Assembly (NCBI GenBank): GCA_963789965.1 | Contig: CAWBMO010000007.1 | Coordinates: 69,661 to 133,660 of the forward strand | Origin: an uncultured Acidobacteriota bacterium | GTDB lineage: Bacteria > Acidobacteriota > Vicinamibacteria > Vicinamibacterales > CAVVIG01 | Reading direction: 5' to 3' | DNA length: 64,000 nt | Shown here: positions 1 through 8,126 of the stretch, in pieces | How positions within the stretch are numbered: position 1 is the first letter of the stretch | How the letters are laid out: every line of letters begins with the position of its first letter | Notes under the pieces: generated by a model | What the model was told of the DNA's origin: nothing | Seen by the model: the letters and a program-made list of their open reading frames with translations, nothing else | Databases searched by the model: none | Program-made: the position numbers and the translations under genes

Positions 1-2
1 CG

Positions 3-278
3 ATGTACTACGAAGATCGGCTGAGTGGCGGCGGCTTCGCGCGCGTCTTTCTGGCGGGCGCTGGCGGCGGTGGCGCTCGTCATGCGGGCGAAGTCGAACT
101 GGTACGCCGCAGCCTCCAGGACCGCCTCGCCGCGACGGTCGACATGGTCGACCCGCGCGCGGCAGTGACGCTGACCGATCGGATCTCGGCAGGGCCGGCG
201 TTTCTGGACACCCTCGCGCCGCTGGTGGGCGTCCTTCTGCGCGGGGAGCCTCGGGAGCCTGGAGAACACGCCGCGTGA
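3..278 (+). CDS. pilM: PilM-like pilus assembly protein, C-terminal fragment (gene begins left of window)
   Basis: Frame is open from the window edge. Its TGA overlaps the GTG start of the next gene (GTGA). It lies directly upstream of pilN/O/P/Q-like genes. Assignment is by synteny only. Confidence 0.4.
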   Translation: MYYEDRLSGGGFARVFLAGAGGGGARHAGEVELVRRSLQDRLAATVDMVDPRAAVTLTDRISAGPAFLDTLAPLVGVLLRGEPREPGEHAA

Positions 279-862
279 TCCGCAGCAACCTCTCGACGCG
301 GCCCTTCTACAACGAGCGCGCGGTGCAGCTCTGGCTGCTCGTGCTGGCCTTCATCGTGGCGGTCGCGACATTCCTCAACATCGTCCGCGTGATTCGCTAT
401 TCGCAGACCGACACGGAGCTGGCCGGCCAGGCCTCGCGCGACGAGGCGCGAGCGGCGGATCTTCGCGAGGAAGCCTTGCGTCTACGCGGCAGCGTGGACC
501 TGCAGCAGGTCGAGCTCGCGTCGACCGAGGCGCGTCAGGCCAACGAGCTGATCGACCGCCGCACCTTCTCGTGGACCGATCTGTTCAATCAGTTCGAGAC
601 GACCTTTCCCGACAACGTCCGGATCATGGCCGTCAAGCCCACGCTTGATGAGAAAGGCGGCCTCGTGCTCACGATCAACGTCGCCGCCCGCTCGGTCGAC
701 GATGTCGATGAGCTGATCCGTAACCTCGAAGGCACGGGGTCTTTCACCAACCTTCTGTCCGTTGAAGAGCATTTCAACACTGACGGGATGCTCGAAGCGA
801 CGCTCGAAGGCAAATACATGCCGCGGCCGGCAGCACCCGCCGCCGAGGCGCGAAAGCCATGA
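275..862 (+). CDS. pilN: PilN-like fimbrial assembly protein
   Basis: 195 aa. N-terminal NLSTRPFYNER motif, one TM helix (LWLLVLAFIVAVATFLNIV), coiled coil, periplasmic domain. 4-nt overlaps with both neighbours. Confidence 0.7.
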   Translation: MIRSNLSTRPFYNERAVQLWLLVLAFIVAVATFLNIVRVIRYSQTDTELAGQASRDEARAADLREEALRLRGSVDLQQVELASTEARQANELIDRRTFSWTDLFNQFETTFPDNVRIMAVKPTLDEKGGLVLTINVAARSVDDVDELIRNLEGTGSFTNLLSVEEHFNTDGMLEATLEGKYMPRPAAPAAEARKP

Positions 863-1431
863 CGCTTCTGCAGCGGATTCTTCGCGAGAAGCGGCCAATC
901 CTCGTGCCGCTCTTTGTCGCCCTGCTGGCGAACATCGCCGTCTATGCGCTCGTGGTGCGCCCGCTTGGCGTGCGATCGGCGACGGCGGCGGATCGCGCGC
1001 AGGTGGCAGCCACGAGCGTCAAGGCGGCTGAAGCCGATCGCGACGCCGCGCGCGCGCTCGTCGCGGGCACGACGCTGGCCGAGCAGGAACTGGCGACGTT
1101 CTACGGCAAAGTCCTCCCGGCCGATTTGTCCGCGGCGCGACGGATGACCTACGCCGCGCTCCCTGCGCTCGCGCGAAAGGCCAACGTCAAATATGACGCC
1201 AGTCGCACCGAGATCGAGGTGGTCAAGAATCAGCGAATCAGCCGGTTGCGCATCAGCATGGTGCTGGAGGGCGATTACGAAAATGTCCGCCAGTTTATCT
1301 ACGAGCTCGAAACGACGCCGGCCTTCGTGATCATCGATGACGTGACGCTTGCGCAGAACGACCCCAACCAGCCGCTCGCGCTGTCGCTCGAGCTGTCGGC
1401 GTATTACCGGACGGGGCTGAATGGCAACTGA
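859..1431 (+). CDS. pilO: PilO-like pilus assembly protein
   Basis: 190 aa. TM helix (ILVPLFVALLANIAVYALVV), coiled coil, C-terminal alpha/beta domain. Operon position between the pilN-like and pilP-like genes. Confidence 0.6.
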   Translation: MTLLQRILREKRPILVPLFVALLANIAVYALVVRPLGVRSATAADRAQVAATSVKAAEADRDAARALVAGTTLAEQELATFYGKVLPADLSAARRMTYAALPALARKANVKYDASRTEIEVVKNQRISRLRISMVLEGDYENVRQFIYELETTPAFVIIDDVTLAQNDPNQPLALSLELSAYYRTGLNGN

Positions 1432-1990
1432 GCGCCAGCGCCGGATTGCCCTCGGTGCGGTCCTTGTGGTGCTGGCGGTTGTGCTGTACCGTGCAGTGAC
1501 GTCCCTGGGAGCGCCGTCAGGGACGTCCACCGCCTCCAATTCATCGTCTAACGGAAGAGCCAGGACGGCGAGATCAGCCCGTGGCCCGGCGGCTCAGGCG
1601 ACCGCGCCCGACGTGCATCTTCGCGCGCTCGACGACGAACGGCCGATACCAATCTCTGGGGAACGCAATCTGTTCCGGTTCAAACCGGCAGCGCCCCCCC
1701 CGGCGCCGCCGCGGACGACGCCGCCGCCGCCGGTCGTGCGGAATGTCCCGAGCGTGCCCGCTGGGCCAGCGCCGCCGCCACCGATTCCGCTCAAGTTCAT
1801 CGGAATTGTCGAGGCGCCGCAGTCAAAACCGATCGCGGCGCTCGTCGATTCGACCGGGCGTTCGTTTCACGGCCGGGAGGGCGACATCGTGGCGGGGCAG
1901 TATCGCATCGTGAAGATCGGTGTGGAGTCCATTGAGATGACCTATCTGGACGGCCGCGGGCGGCAGACGATTCGCCTCACCGGATCGTGA
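1421..1990 (+). CDS. PilP-like protein (membrane anchor, Pro-rich linker, C-terminal beta domain)
   Basis: 189 aa. Hydrophobic anchor (IALGAVLVVLAVVLY), PPPAPPRTTPPPP linker, C-terminal FIGIVE..ALVD..YRIVKIG..SIEM pattern as in PilP. Immediately precedes the secretin. Confidence 0.5.
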   Translation: MATERQRRIALGAVLVVLAVVLYRAVTSLGAPSGTSTASNSSSNGRARTARSARGPAAQATAPDVHLRALDDERPIPISGERNLFRFKPAAPPPAPPRTTPPPPVVRNVPSVPAGPAPPPPIPLKFIGIVEAPQSKPIAALVDSTGRSFHGREGDIVAGQYRIVKIGVESIEMTYLDGRGRQTIRLTGS

Positions 1991-2047
1991 AATTGCAGAT
2001 TGCAGATTGCGGATTGCAGATTGCTGATTCATTGCGGATGGCAGATT
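1991..2047. repeat. Tandem heptamer array (ATTGCAG)n, family C, single arm
   Basis: About 8 direct units between the pilP-like stop and the pilQ ATG. The 22 nt TCGTGAAATTGCAGATTGCAGA are identical to the start of the element at 41713. Confidence 0.85.
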
Positions 2048-4587
2048 TGAGGACACTTGTGACGAGACGGTTGAGAGCAGTCGGGATTCTCCTGGCCTTC
2101 GGCATTCTTGCCAGCGGGTGCGCGGCCGGCAGCGCGTTCCGGCAGGGCGAGAAGGCATCGCAGGCCGGGAATCTCGACGAAGCCGTCGCGGCGTACCGCA
2201 GGGCGGTGCAGGCCGATCCGAGGAACCCGAACTACGCGATCGCGCTGCAGCGCACGATGGTCGCCGCGTCCCGGGCGCATCTCGAGCGCGCAAAGGAGTT
2301 CGAAGATCGCGATCAGCTGGAAGCGGCCCTCGGCGAGTACCGCCTGGCGTCGGAGTACGACCCGAGCAACCGGACCGTCATCGTGAAGGTAGCCAGCCTC
2401 GAGCAGACGATCCGCGCTCGTATCGAGGCGTCCCGGCCGCGGCCCGCCATTGAGGCACTCCGTGCGCAGGCGCGCGCGGCATCGGCCGAACCGGCGCTCA
2501 ATCCTGCGTCGCGCGACCCGTTGAGAGTCCAGTTCCCCAATGCCCAGGTCAGAGAGGTGCTCGGCTTCATCGCCAATCTGACGGGCATCAACATCACCTA
2601 CGACCGTGATGTGGTCGACGGCCGCGCGATTTCCGTCCAACTCGACGGGGTCACGCTCGAGCAGGCGCTCAATCAGATCATGACGATTGGGCAGCTGTCG
2701 TACAAAGTCGTGAATCCGCAATCCATCTTCGTGTTTCCGGACACGACCCCCAAGCACCAGATCTACGACGAGCAGGTCATCCGCACGTTCTATATCTCGA
2801 ACGCCGATCCCACCGAGCTTGCACAAACCGTGAGCCAGCTCATTCGAATTGCCGGCATCGCCGTTCAGCCGATGATTGCGCCCAACAAGATCGCCAACAC
2901 GATCACCGTGCGCTCCACCGGCCCCATGATGCAGATCGTCGAGAAGATCATCGAGCAGAACGACAAGCCGCGCGCCGAGATCATCGTCGACGTCGAGATC
3001 CTCGAGGTCGATCGCACCCGGACGAAAAGCTACGGCCTGAATCTGAGCGAGTACGCCGTCGGGACGATCTTTTCGCCCGTAGTGGCACCAGGCGGGGTCA
3101 CGGTCTCGACGCAGCAGGGCACAGTGACCGGCCCCGGAACGGGAACGGGAACGACAACGACCGCATCCGCGGGACAAGGGACAGCGCCGAGCGCCGTCAC
3201 CTCGCCGCCGCCGTTCAATCTGAACACGATCACGCGAGGCGTGAGCACCGCCGATTTCTATCTCGCCGTGCCGACCGCGATCGTGCGGTTTCTCGAGGCC
3301 GACAACCACACCAAAGTCATCGCGAAGCCGCAGCTGCGGGGCGCAGAGGGCTCCAAGCTGACGCTGAAGCTCGGTCAGAAGATTCCCGTGGTCTCGACCA
3401 GTTATACGCCGATTGCCACCGGCGGTGCGGGCGTCAACCCGCTGAGCTCGTACACATATCAGGACGTCGGCGTCAACATCGACATGACGCCGCGCGTCTC
3501 GCTCGACGGCGAGATTATCCTCGACTTGGTCCTGGACAACAGCGCGCTCGGCCCGGACAAATCTGTTGCGGGCGTGACGGTACCCACATTCGTGCAGCGC
3601 ACGGTCACGACACGGCTGCGCCTGCGCGATGGCGAGTCCAACCTGCTCGCAGGCCTGATACAGCAGCGAGACTCGAATACCGTCCAGGGATTCCCGGGCG
3701 CGATTCATCTGCCGTTTTTCAAGCAGATCTTCTCGGGCAACGACATCACGAGCGATCAGACCGAGATCATCATGCTGCTGACGCCCCACATCGTCCGCAC
3801 GCAGGAACTGACCGAATCAGACCTGCGGCCGATCTACATCGGCTCGCAGCAGAACCTGGGCCTCGGTGGACCGCCGCCGCTCATCGCCGCGCCGGAACCG
3901 GAACCGACGCCACCGCCGGCACCTGCGCCCACGCCTGGAGCGGCAGCACCCGGGGGGGCTGCGCCGGGTACTCTCACGGGGCCCGGCGGCGTCCAGCTGT
4001 CGGCTCCGCCTGGCTCGACTCCGGTCCCAGGCACCGTTGTGGTCGTCCCGGCGCCAGCCGTCCCGGCGCCGGGTGCGCCCGCCACCAATCCTGCGGCGCC
4101 GTCTCCAGCGCCGCAGGCAACGCCACCTCCAGGGCCGCCCGCGCCGGCAGCCGGAACCTCGACCACATCGCCCGGCCTCGGCCAGGCGCAGATCATCATC
4201 TCTCCGTCTCCCACGATGCGTGTCGGCGGCGGCCCGTACACTGTTCCAATATCAGTGACGAACGCGCTGGGCCTGTCGACGGTCTCGTTGACGCTGGTGT
4301 ACGACCCCACGAAGCTCCGCATCCGGTCCGTGCAGCAGGGCAGCTTCATGCGAACCGGGGGCATCGACGTCGTCTTCACCCAGCAGGTCAACGCGGGACG
4401 GGTCGACATCACGCTCACGCGGTCGGGGGACTCGACAGGCGCATCGGGCACCGGGCTTCTCGCCGCCGTGCTCTTTGACGCGATTGCGCCGGGCACGACC
4501 GCGCTCACGACGAGCGGCGCGGCAACCGGCCCTGGAGGCGCTGCCATGGGGCTGCAGTTCCAGCCGGTCACGGTCATCGTGCAGTAA
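2038..4587 (+). CDS. pilQ: Secretin (PilQ/GspD family) with TPR-like N-terminus and C-terminal Pro/Ala linker plus cohesin-like domain
   Basis: ORF 1987..4587. The first 17 codons translate the heptamer repeat, so ATG 2038 is preferred. Signal/lipobox-like LASGC, TPR-like helices, secretin N-domains and core (RAEIIVDVEILEV, TEIIMLLTPHIV). Then a ~100-aa P/A-rich linker and a beta domain (ISPSPT..VPISV..LTLVYDPTKL). Confidence 0.85.
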   Translation: MADLRTLVTRRLRAVGILLAFGILASGCAAGSAFRQGEKASQAGNLDEAVAAYRRAVQADPRNPNYAIALQRTMVAASRAHLERAKEFEDRDQLEAALGEYRLASEYDPSNRTVIVKVASLEQTIRARIEASRPRPAIEALRAQARAASAEPALNPASRDPLRVQFPNAQVREVLGFIANLTGINITYDRDVVDGRAISVQLDGVTLEQALNQIMTIGQLSYKVVNPQSIFVFPDTTPKHQIYDEQVIRTFYISNADPTELAQTVSQLIRIAGIAVQPMIAPNKIANTITVRSTGPMMQIVEKIIEQNDKPRAEIIVDVEILEVDRTRTKSYGLNLSEYAVGTIFSPVVAPGGVTVSTQQGTVTGPGTGTGTTTTASAGQGTAPSAVTSPPPFNLNTITRGVSTADFYLAVPTAIVRFLEADNHTKVIAKPQLRGAEGSKLTLKLGQKIPVVSTSYTPIATGGAGVNPLSSYTYQDVGVNIDMTPRVSLDGEIILDLVLDNSALGPDKSVAGVTVPTFVQRTVTTRLRLRDGESNLLAGLIQQRDSNTVQGFPGAIHLPFFKQIFSGNDITSDQTEIIMLLTPHIVRTQELTESDLRPIYIGSQQNLGLGGPPPLIAAPEPEPTPPPAPAPTPGAAAPGGAAPGTLTGPGGVQLSAPPGSTPVPGTVVVVPAPAVPAPGAPATNPAAPSPAPQATPPPGPPAPAAGTSTTSPGLGQAQIIISPSPTMRVGGGPYTVPISVTNALGLSTVSLTLVYDPTKLRIRSVQQGSFMRTGGIDVVFTQQVNAGRVDITLTRSGDSTGASGTGLLAAVLFDAIAPGTTALTTSGAATGPGGAAMGLQFQPVTVIVQ

Positions 4588-4597
4588 CGGTGCCTCG

Positions 4598-5209
4598 ATG
4601 GTCCCTGGTCCCTGGTCCTTCGTGCTTGGTCCGTCCCTGGTCCTTAGTCGTCCCTGGGCCTTGGCGCCTGGTGCACACCACGGACCGAGGACCAAGGACG
4701 GACTAAGGACTAAGAACGGACCAAGGACCAAGGCCCAAGGACTAAGGACCGACGACGGATACACGTTCATAGAGCTGCTCGTCGTCGCCACGATCATTCT
4801 GATTCTGGCATCGGCCATCATGCCGCTCGTGCGCGTCACGTCGACCCGCCAGCGCGAGGCCGAGCTGCGGCGCGATCTGCGGGAAATCCGCACGGCCATC
4901 GACAAGTTCAAGGACGCCGCCGACACCATGCAGATCAGCCCGCTCGACCTGAAGCCGGACGGCATGGGCTATCCGCCCGATCTCGAGACGCTTGTCGAAG
5001 GGGTGACCGCGGCGAACGATCAGGCCGCGCGCAAGCTCAAGTTTCTGCGGCGTGTCCCGGTGGATCCCATGACGCACGACACCGAGTGGGGGATGCGTTC
5101 GTACCAGGACGATCCGGACGCCACACGGTGGGGCGGACAGAATGTGTTCGACGTCTACACGAAGTTCGAAGGAACGGCGCTGGACGGGACCAAATACAAA
5201 GACTGGTGA
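4598..5209 (+). CDS. GspG-like pseudopilin / type IV pilin-like protein
   Basis: Prepilin motif G|YTFIELLVV with Glu at +5. GspG-like body (RRVPVDPMT..W). Start is uncertain: the in-frame candidates are ATG 4598 or TTG 4664, both inside hairpin repeat A1. Confidence 0.75.
   Translation: MVPGPWSFVLGPSLVLSRPWALAPGAHHGPRTKDGLRTKNGPRTKAQGLRTDDGYTFIELLVVATIILILASAIMPLVRVTSTRQREAELRRDLREIRTAIDKFKDAADTMQISPLDLKPDGMGYPPDLETLVEGVTAANDQAARKLKFLRRVPVDPMTHDTEWGMRSYQDDPDATRWGGQNVFDVYTKFEGTALDGTKYKDW
4600..4750. repeat. Tandem-heptamer palindrome, family A (GGTCCYT)n ... (ARGGACC)n
   Basis: ~75-nt left arm of GGTCCCT/GGTCCTT units, apex near 4675, right arm of AAGGACC/TAAGGAC units. Lies between pilQ and the first pseudopilin. 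Confidence 0.9.
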
Positions 5210-5388
5210 ATTGGGTAATTGGGTAATCTGGTAATTGGGTAATTGATTGGTGAATTGAATGCGGTGGATTGGCTGATGGTGGATAGGCAGACTGGATTGA
5301 AACGGCGACTGCGCACGACTCGTGCCCTTCGTGTCTTCAATCGTCTCTTCAATTATCCGATTACCCGATTACCCGATTACCCAATTGA
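5208..5388. repeat. Tandem-octamer palindrome, family B (GGGTAATT)n ... (CGATTACC)n with ~88-nt loop
   Basis: Left arm 5208-5262, right arm 5351-5387. The candidate start codons of the second pseudopilin lie in the loop. Confidence 0.85.
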
Positions 5389-5776
5389 CCGTTCCCCGTC
5401 CGGATTCACGATCATCGAGCTCCTCGTTGTCCTCGCCCTCATCTCCATCCTGGCTACCATGGGGATGGCGCAGTACCGGCAGGGCGTCGTGCACGCGCGC
5501 GAGGCGGTGTTGAAGACGGATTTGTTCGATCTGCGGGACGCGATCGATCAGTACTACGCCGACAAAGGGCAGTATCCCGGGACGCTCGACTCGCTCGTCA
5601 CTGACGGATATATCCGGAAGGTCCCCGTCGACCCCTTCACGAACGCCGCCGACACGTGGCAGACGGTTCCGTCAGACCCCGATCCCAATAATCCCACCGC
5701 CACTCCTGGAATCTACGACGTGAAGAGCGGGTCCGATGGGACCGCCATCGACGGCAGCAAATACGCGGAGTGGTAA
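5276..5776 (+). CDS. GspG-like pseudopilin (T2SS major pseudopilin family)
   Basis: G|FTIIELLVVLALISILA with Glu+5. DLRDAIDQYYADKGQYPGTLDSLV..YIRKVPVDPF is a classic GspG pattern. Start is uncertain (ATG 5276, GTG 5279 or TTG 5297, all in the loop of repeat B1). Confidence 0.8.
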   Translation: MVDRQTGLKRRLRTTRALRVFNRLFNYPITRLPDYPIDRSPSGFTIIELLVVLALISILATMGMAQYRQGVVHAREAVLKTDLFDLRDAIDQYYADKGQYPGTLDSLVTDGYIRKVPVDPFTNAADTWQTVPSDPDPNNPTATPGIYDVKSGSDGTAIDGSKYAEW

Positions 5777-5844
5777 CGGAGCGCAGCCACGCGCGCGAAT
5801 CGAATCAGGCCCACGAACCAAAGTGTCTCGAGGGGCTGCACGAT

Positions 5845-7137
5845 CTACGGAATGATTGTCGTCGTCGACGTCCCGGTTTGGCCCGATACGGTAGTTGTCA
5901 CCGTCACTCTCACAACTTTGGCACCGGATCCTGTCGCATACGGGTGCGACACCTGGTTTCCCGAAGTGTTCTGATCTGGTGTGCCGTCGCCGAATTCCCA
6001 ACGGTAATTAGTCACCTGAACACTGGATGGTGAAACAGTCGCTGTGAATGTGACCGTTGTAAAGCCGGGCGATGGAGTGTTAACGGCCTGAGTCGATGTG
6101 AGATTCACGGAGACCGCAGTCGACCCGCCAACGACGACGACCGTTGAAGCTGATGCCTGGCCGCCGTTCGTGTCGATCACGCTGACAGTCGCCGTCTTGG
6201 GACCGGGGCTATCGTAGACATGCTGCACTGCGAGGCCGGTGCCGGACGCGCTCCCAAGAGAAGCGCCGGTGCCGTCTCCAAACGTAACTGCGGTATTTTG
6301 GATAGCCGCAGAGCTGCCCGTGCCAGGTGTCGCGGTAATAGTAAATGTCGTCGCTATTCCCACCTGCGGATTGGCGGAAGCCGTAATCGCGGCGACGGGC
6401 AGTGGCTCCACGGTGACTGTAACCGTCGCAGACGGCGGGGGAACCGCCGTGGTCGTCGTGCCCGATATGGTCGAGGACGCGACGCCCGCGGTCGCCGTCA
6501 CTTTCGCTGTTTTGCTGGTCGTGAGTTTTGTGCTCGCCCTGCCGCTGGCATCTGTGTTGACCACTGACGGATTGACCGAACCGCTGTCGGTGCTGAACGT
6601 CACGGGCACGTCCGCGATGAGATTTCCGCCCGCGTCGCTGGCCGTCGCTGTGATTGTCGACTGACCTCCAGTTGAGATCGTGGCTGGAAGCGCTGTCACC
6701 GCGATGCCGGCGACACCCGCCGCCCCGATCGCTATCTTGATCGCGCCCAACGCGCCTGTCGTCACGCCACCAGAAAGGGCAGTAACCGTGGCCGTCCCGG
6801 ACAGGGTCCCGGCCTTGAACGTCACCATCACACGCCCACCAGGATCGGTTTCGGCCTCGACCGGCTCAATCGTGCCGAGCGACGTCGTAAAAGTCACGAG
6901 CGTCCCGCGCTGCGGCGGCGTCCCGGCGGGTTCGATCACTTGGGCGATGATATTCGTCGTCCCGCTCAAAGGAAGCGTCGACAGCAGCGTGGTCAGGGTG
7001 ATGCTCGACCCCGCCGGCGCGAGCAGCGCCACGCGCTGACAGCCTATCGTCGTGACGGCGAGCATGCCGAGTGCGGCCAGCAGGAGCGGGCGACGGAAAC
7101 CTGTTATCATGAATGCGCTAACCATCTTAAATCGCAT
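5845..7137 (-). CDS. Lipoprotein with tandem Ig-like (Big) domains and C-terminal PKD domains
   Basis: 430 aa. Signal plus lipobox (LAVTTIGC). Repeated ~90-aa T/S/G-rich beta domains. PKD signatures (VQHVYDSPGPKTATV, YRWEFGDGT..VSHPY). Confidence 0.7.
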   Translation of the reverse strand: MRFKMVSAFMITGFRRPLLLAALGMLAVTTIGCQRVALLAPAGSSITLTTLLSTLPLSGTTNIIAQVIEPAGTPPQRGTLVTFTTSLGTIEPVEAETDPGGRVMVTFKAGTLSGTATVTALSGGVTTGALGAIKIAIGAAGVAGIAVTALPATISTGGQSTITATASDAGGNLIADVPVTFSTDSGSVNPSVVNTDASGRASTKLTTSKTAKVTATAGVASSTISGTTTTAVPPPSATVTVTVEPLPVAAITASANPQVGIATTFTITATPGTGSSAAIQNTAVTFGDGTGASLGSASGTGLAVQHVYDSPGPKTATVSVIDTNGGQASASTVVVVGGSTAVSVNLTSTQAVNTPSPGFTTVTFTATVSPSSVQVTNYRWEFGDGTPDQNTSGNQVSHPYATGSGAKVVRVTVTTTVSGQTGTSTTTIIP

Positions 7138-8017
7138 GAAGTTACAAGGTCAATCAACAGCGGACCACGAGAGTCTGCGCACCGGTGTGACGTCGTGCGC
7201 AGACGTGGCCACGGCGAAAAACGCGAGCGATCGTGGTTACGCCATGGCGGTGCTTCTGGTGGCGATGAGCATCATGGCGATCATGATGACGGTCGCCATG
7301 CCGGTCTGGAAGCAGATGGCGCAGCGGGAAAAGGAGCAGGAGCTGATCTTTCGGGGTCAGCAATACGCACGCGCCATCGGGCTCTTCGAGCGCAAGTACG
7401 CCAACACACCGCCGCCCACACTCGATGTTTTGACCCAGGAGCGCTTCCTCCGAAAGAAGTACAAGGACCCCATTACAAACCAGGACTTTGTTCCGATTCC
7501 CGCCGCGGCGGCAGCCGTCAGCACGCCAGGCTCGACGCAGGCCGGGCGCGGCGGCGCTGCCGGCCCGGTCGCCGACCCGCGCGGTGCTCAGCCCGCCTTC
7601 CCTAGTATCGGCAGCACGGGAATCACCGGCGCATCCGGCGGCATCGTGGGTGTCACGAGCGCGAGCAAAGCCGCGTCGATTCGCATCTATAACGGTGCCT
7701 CGCACTACAACGAGTGGCGATTCGTGTACGCGCCGCCCGCCGCTACGCCAGGCGCCGGCGGCGGCCCCGGCGCCGCCGTTCCGGGTGGCCGGGGCGGGCC
7801 GGCAGGGCGAGGCGGCCCGCCAGGGCCCGGTGCACAGCCAGGAAGGGGTGGCCCGCCAGGGCCCGGCGGCCCGTTTGGGCCCGCCGGTCCGTTTGGGCCA
7901 GGAGGTCCGCTCGGACCGAACGGCCGCGGCCCAGGGGGCCCAGGGCCTGGAGGACCTACCCGAGGAGGATCGGGGGGCGGTCCAATCCCGCCTGTCGCGC
8001 CCGGCCGCGGTCGTTAG
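7136..8017 (+). CDS. Pseudopilin-like protein with Gly/Pro-rich C-terminal tail
   Basis: Prepilin-like G|YAMAVLLVAMSIMAIMM (no Glu+5, like minor pseudopilins). The C-terminal ~90 aa is GGP/GPG-rich. The start ATG 7136 overlaps the divergent gene's start codon. An internal GTG start is also possible. Confidence 0.55.
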   Translation: MKLQGQSTADHESLRTGVTSCADVATAKNASDRGYAMAVLLVAMSIMAIMMTVAMPVWKQMAQREKEQELIFRGQQYARAIGLFERKYANTPPPTLDVLTQERFLRKKYKDPITNQDFVPIPAAAAAVSTPGSTQAGRGGAAGPVADPRGAQPAFPSIGSTGITGASGGIVGVTSASKAASIRIYNGASHYNEWRFVYAPPAATPGAGGGPGAAVPGGRGGPAGRGGPPGPGAQPGRGGPPGPGGPFGPAGPFGPGGPLGPNGRGPGGPGPGGPTRGGSGGGPIPPVAPGRGR

Positions 8018-8030
8018 GGGTTAAGACGTT

Positions 8031-8126
8031 GAATCTGGTCATCTGGTTATCTGGTCATCTAGTCAATGATTTGGGTCACTCCTGAAATCAATGACCAGAT
8101 AACCAGATGACTAGATGACCAAATTC
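8031..8126. repeat. Tandem-octamer palindrome, family D (CTGGTCAT)n ... (ATGACCAG)n
   Basis: GAATCTGGTCATCTGGTTATCTGGTCATCTAGTCAATGATTT pairs with AAATCAATGACCAGATAACCAGATGACTAGATGACCAAATTC. Lies between convergent genes. The stop of the minus-strand gene is in the right foot. Confidence 0.9.

Noticed and set aside
2029-3789. 586-aa ORF on the minus strand
   Set aside because: It is antisense to the well-supported secretin gene. Its composition is Arg/Gly/Asp-rich with no motifs, which is a typical high-GC shadow ORF. The same applies to 589..1539(-), 14023..15729(-), 34037..35224(+), 46338..48587(+), 60856..62253(-) and 62484..63449(-).
4600-4750. Tandem repeats considered as CRISPR arrays
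   Set aside because: The units are only 7-10 nt, they are contiguous with no unique spacers, and they are arranged as inverted halves. No cas genes are in the window.
7700-8017. Collagen-like triple-helix domain in the pseudopilin tail
   Set aside because: It is Gly/Pro-rich, but without sustained G-X-Y periodicity.
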